From Microcoleaceae cyanobacterium (lineage in GTDB: Bacteria > Cyanobacteriota > Cyanobacteriia > Cyanobacteriales > Microcoleaceae): a stretch of 21,340 bases of DNA. Positions 18,842 to 21,340 of the stretch are shown in pieces. Both the position numbers and the translations under genes were made by a program. Position 1 is the first letter of the stretch. Every line of letters starts with the position of its first letter. The stretch spans positions 1-21,340 of the forward strand of contig JBOFUV010000078.1 of assembly GCA_051652765.1 (NCBI GenBank), written 5' to 3'. The notes below the pieces were generated by a model. The model ran no database searches and had not been told where the DNA came from. It saw only the letters and a list, made by a program, of their open reading frames with translations.

Positions 18842-19411
18842 GTGGCAGCTTCTAACGTGGTTGTGCTTGTAGATCAGACATCGCGCAGCTTTGGCCGCCG
18901 TGATCTTGTTCCTCTCTGGCCTGATGCTTTGTGGAAAATTGAACAGGGAGTTGTCCGCACTTTAACTTGGAGTGAGGAAGGAACCCTGATTAGCCTGGGA
19001 TATTGGGGAAAGGGTGATGTTGTTGGGCAGCCCCTGACCCGCCTTGACCCTTATCAAATTGAGTGTTTGACCCCAGTATCCGCTGACTTGATTCCTCCAC
19101 AGCAATGGTCACAGGAGCTAGACGCAATCTTGTCCCACACTCAACAAGCCCAAGAGCTTCATAGTATTGTGCAGACTCAAGGTACAGACCAACGGTTACT
19201 CAGCTTTCTCAACTGGTTGGCCAAAAAGTTTGGTCAATCAACGGACATGGGGCGACTTATTGATTTGCGACTGACTCATTTGGAAATCTCTGATGTCATC
19301 GGTACAACTCGAGTTAGTGTCACTCGGATGATGTGTCGCTTAGAGGCTCAAGGCATTATTCTGCGTCCCGGTCGTCATTCTATTGTATTGCGGTCAAATC
19401 GATTGGCTTAA
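18842..19411 (+). CDS. CRP/FNR-family transcriptional regulator, short cyanobacterial PtrA/CysR-like type
   Basis: LWKIEQGVVRTLTWSEEG..ISLGYWGKGDVVG (truncated cNMP-like domain), RLLSFLNWLA and the HTH LRLTHLEISDVIGTTRVSVTR. Confidence 0.88.
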   Translation: MAASNVVVLVDQTSRSFGRRDLVPLWPDALWKIEQGVVRTLTWSEEGTLISLGYWGKGDVVGQPLTRLDPYQIECLTPVSADLIPPQQWSQELDAILSHTQQAQELHSIVQTQGTDQRLLSFLNWLAKKFGQSTDMGRLIDLRLTHLEISDVIGTTRVSVTRMMCRLEAQGIILRPGRHSIVLRSNRLA

Positions 19412-19465
19412 ATTTAGGGACAATTTATTAGAGGGCTGAAATTTAGAAAGCGCTGTACTTAATAC

Positions 19466-19495
19466 TTTAACCTTTAATAAATCTTTTCTTAACCT
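19466..19495 (+). promoter_or_regulatory. Putative second SphR Pho box, upstream of the nucleotidase/phosphatase
   Basis: TTTAACCT (19466-19473), ATAAATCT (19477-19484), CTTAACCT (19488-19495): 11-bp period with two perfect consensus half-sites. Confidence 0.6.
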
Positions 19496-19518
19496 TGCTA
19501 ACTCAAGCGAGGCCAATT

Positions 19519-19560
19519 TTGCTGGAATTAACTTGCTGGAATTAACTTGCTGGAATTCAT
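19519..19560. repeat. 14-bp tandem repeat x3
   Basis: TTGCTGGAATTAAC 19519-19532; TTGCTGGAATTAAC 19533-19546; TTGCTGGAATTCAT 19547-19560. Confidence 0.9.
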
Positions 19561-19858
19561 TAGGGTTCATTTTCACAAGGTTTTTGTAAAATTTTTGTAA
19601 GTTTAGGGCTTTTAATCTAGATTGAGATCTTCTAAGATATCATCGGAGTTAGCTTCTTCACAATCAGTTGAAGACAGTGTAGCTGCGTTTTTTGAGGCTC
19701 GAATATTCACATAGTTAGGTTGGTTTGAATGATAACCTTGCTGTGGTGGAAGGCTCAGTTGATGCCGAGCTTTTGCAGGGGGATGATGCAACCTACATTT
19801 TGAGGCGGACGCAGTTACATTAACCCCAGTGTGCAATCGTTAACGGTCACTCCTCACT

Positions 19859-19872
19859 GTATTCCTGCTTAC
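19859..19872. promoter_or_regulatory. GTA-N8-TAC (NtcA-type) palindrome about 100 nt upstream of the nucleotidase ATG
   Basis: GTA-TTCCTGCT-TAC. There is no canonical TAN3T -10 element 22-23 nt downstream, so support is weak. Confidence 0.3.
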
Positions 19873-19973
19873 GTTAAAGCTGAACTCGCAGCTAATCCTG
19901 AGAGTGTTACCAGCCATAGTCTGCTGAGATTGTGAGTCAATTTACTATTAACCCTGAATTACCTGAACTAATC

Positions 19974-21340
19974 ATGGCTTTTGAACTACAAATTCTGCAT
20001 ACATCCGATCAGGAAGCCGGAATTCCGGCACTAAACGATGCCCCCGGACTTTCTGCGGTTTTAAATGCCCTGGAAGGCGACTTTGCCAACACCATTAAGT
20101 TGAGTTCTGGGGACTTATTTATTGCAGGGCCATTCTTCGATGCTAGCCGCAAAATCTACGATGGCGGCGGCTCCGAAGGTCTACCCGGTGTGGCTGATAT
20201 CCTGATTCAGAACGAACTCGGTTGGGATGCGGCGGCAGTTGGAAATCATGAATTTGATGCGGGAAGCAGCACGTTTTTCAATCTCCTCGCCCCAAACCCT
20301 GCAATTATAAATGGTACAGGTGGCGGTGTGGGAATTACAGGAACCTATCCTGGTGCCTCTTTCCCTTACCTGTCCAACAACCTAGACTACTCCAACATTA
20401 CGTTACCTCCAGGGTTAACTGTTGTTGAAAATGGAGGCGCACCCCAGCCCAATAGCCTCACAGGCAGCGTCATCGTTGACGTGAACGGAGAGCAAGTGGG
20501 TGTGCTGTCAGCAGTCACTCCTTACCTCCCTTCCATTGCTGGGATTGGAGATGTAGTCATCACAACCGGTGAGGGATTTACTTCTGCAACCCCCATCGCC
20601 CAGCAAGTGGATGCCTTGGTTGCCAATTTGCAGCCAGAAGTTCAAGCCCTCACCGATGCTGGAGTCAACAAGATTATCCTGATGACTCACCTGCAAGAAG
20701 CTGAAATTGAGCAGGCATTAGCCCAAGCCTTGGCGGATCAAGATATTTCCGTAGACGTACACATCGGGGGTGGTTCTCACCGGGTAATGACCAATGAGAA
20801 TACAATTCCACCCCTGCGAGCAGACGAAACCCAGCAGAACAGCGGGCAATTGTTAATCCCCTATCCCCAACCCTTTACCAACCCTGGGGATGACGATGCA
20901 GAAAACACCGTCTACTACATCAACACTGGAGCCAACTACCGTTACCTCAGCCAGTTGGTCGCCAACTTTGATGACAATGGAGTCATCACTGAAATTGGCG
21001 ACGAAAGCGGTACCTTTGCAACGGATATTGCCGGAGTTGCTCAGCTTTATCCTGAAGCAACCGTTGAAGATATTGATGACGTGAAAGCGCTTGCTGACCC
21101 CGAACTGGTCGGCATCATCAACGGCATTGGTGAATATGTCAATACTCTAGATGCCAATATCTTTGGCCAAACCGATGTCTTCCTGAATGGAATTCGCGGC
21201 GACGTTCGGACTCAGGAAACCAACTTGGGAAGCCTGACCGCCGATGCCAACGACTTCTATGCCGAGGAATACCTGGCAGCAGGTTTGCTGGGAGATGCCT
21301 TTGCAGGCTTTGAGGAGATTGATATTTCCTTCAAGAATGG
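19974..21340 (+). CDS. Bifunctional metallophosphatase/5'-nucleotidase (UshA-like; cyanobacterial atypical alkaline phosphatase type), partial, runs off the window
   Basis: Not in the ORF track because there is no stop in the window. From ATG 19974: MAFELQILHTSDQEAG...LSSGDLFIAGPFF...GNHEFD (20241)...MTHLQ (20682)...IGGGSH (20763)...DVRTQETNLG (21201)...DISFKNG (21321). All motifs are in the same frame. Confidence 0.9.
   Translation, partial: MAFELQILHTSDQEAGIPALNDAPGLSAVLNALEGDFANTIKLSSGDLFIAGPFFDASRKIYDGGGSEGLPGVADILIQNELGWDAAAVGNHEFDAGSSTFFNLLAPNPAIINGTGGGVGITGTYPGASFPYLSNNLDYSNITLPPGLTVVENGGAPQPNSLTGSVIVDVNGEQVGVLSAVTPYLPSIAGIGDVVITTGEGFTSATPIAQQVDALVANLQPEVQALTDAGVNKIILMTHLQEAEIEQALAQALADQDISVDVHIGGGSHRVMTNENTIPPLRADETQQNSGQLLIPYPQPFTNPGDDDAENTVYYINTGANYRYLSQLVANFDDNGVITEIGDESGTFATDIAGVAQLYPEATVEDIDDVKALADPELVGIINGIGEYVNTLDANIFGQTDVFLNGIRGDVRTQETNLGSLTADANDFYAEEYLAAGLLGDAFAGFEEIDISFKN

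Noticed and set aside
6696..19560. 14-bp triplet repeats as possible mini-CRISPR arrays
   Set aside because: The units are contiguous with no spacers, too short, and no cas genes are present.
19394..19836. Minus-strand ORFs 19394-19576 and 19612-19836
   Set aside because: They are short, have no motifs or clear RBS, and the first runs through a tandem repeat and a Pho-box-like array.
9186..21084. Shadow ORFs 9186-9500, 9598-9804, 9886-10143, 12019-12378, 12840-13058, 16241-16423, 18100-18291, 20508-20696, 20890-21084
   Set aside because: They are nested in known genes with no recognisable motifs. The last two lie inside the 19974-end nucleotidase CDS.

Overview
This window is from a cyanobacterial chromosome, based on HIP1 GCGATCGC octamers, ycf20, a plant-type glycerate kinase and SphR-type Pho boxes. 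The left half (1-12.4 kb) is mostly housekeeping: 3' end of a TPR-like gene, a small secreted Cys-rich protein, ispD, a GT9 glycosyltransferase, prs, a YqeY protein, a membrane Ser/Thr kinase, glycerate kinase, ycf20, a hypothetical protein, an ArnT/PMT-like glycosyltransferase and a CIA30/SDR protein. The right half (12.8-21.3 kb) has no HIP1 sites that I could find. It holds an AT-rich purine nucleoside utilisation cluster (ribokinase, nucleoside 2'-deoxyribosyltransferase, nucleoside hydrolase, CNT/NupC transporter, guanine deaminase). Directly after it come a PtrA/CysR-like CRP regulator preceded by a Pho box, and a 5'-nucleotidase/atypical alkaline phosphatase (19974 to the window end) that the ORF track missed. 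The best candidate for an undescribed system is this right half, read as one nucleotide-scavenging module recovering P, N and C from extracellular nucleotides. That reading is an inference from gene content and motifs; no searches were run.
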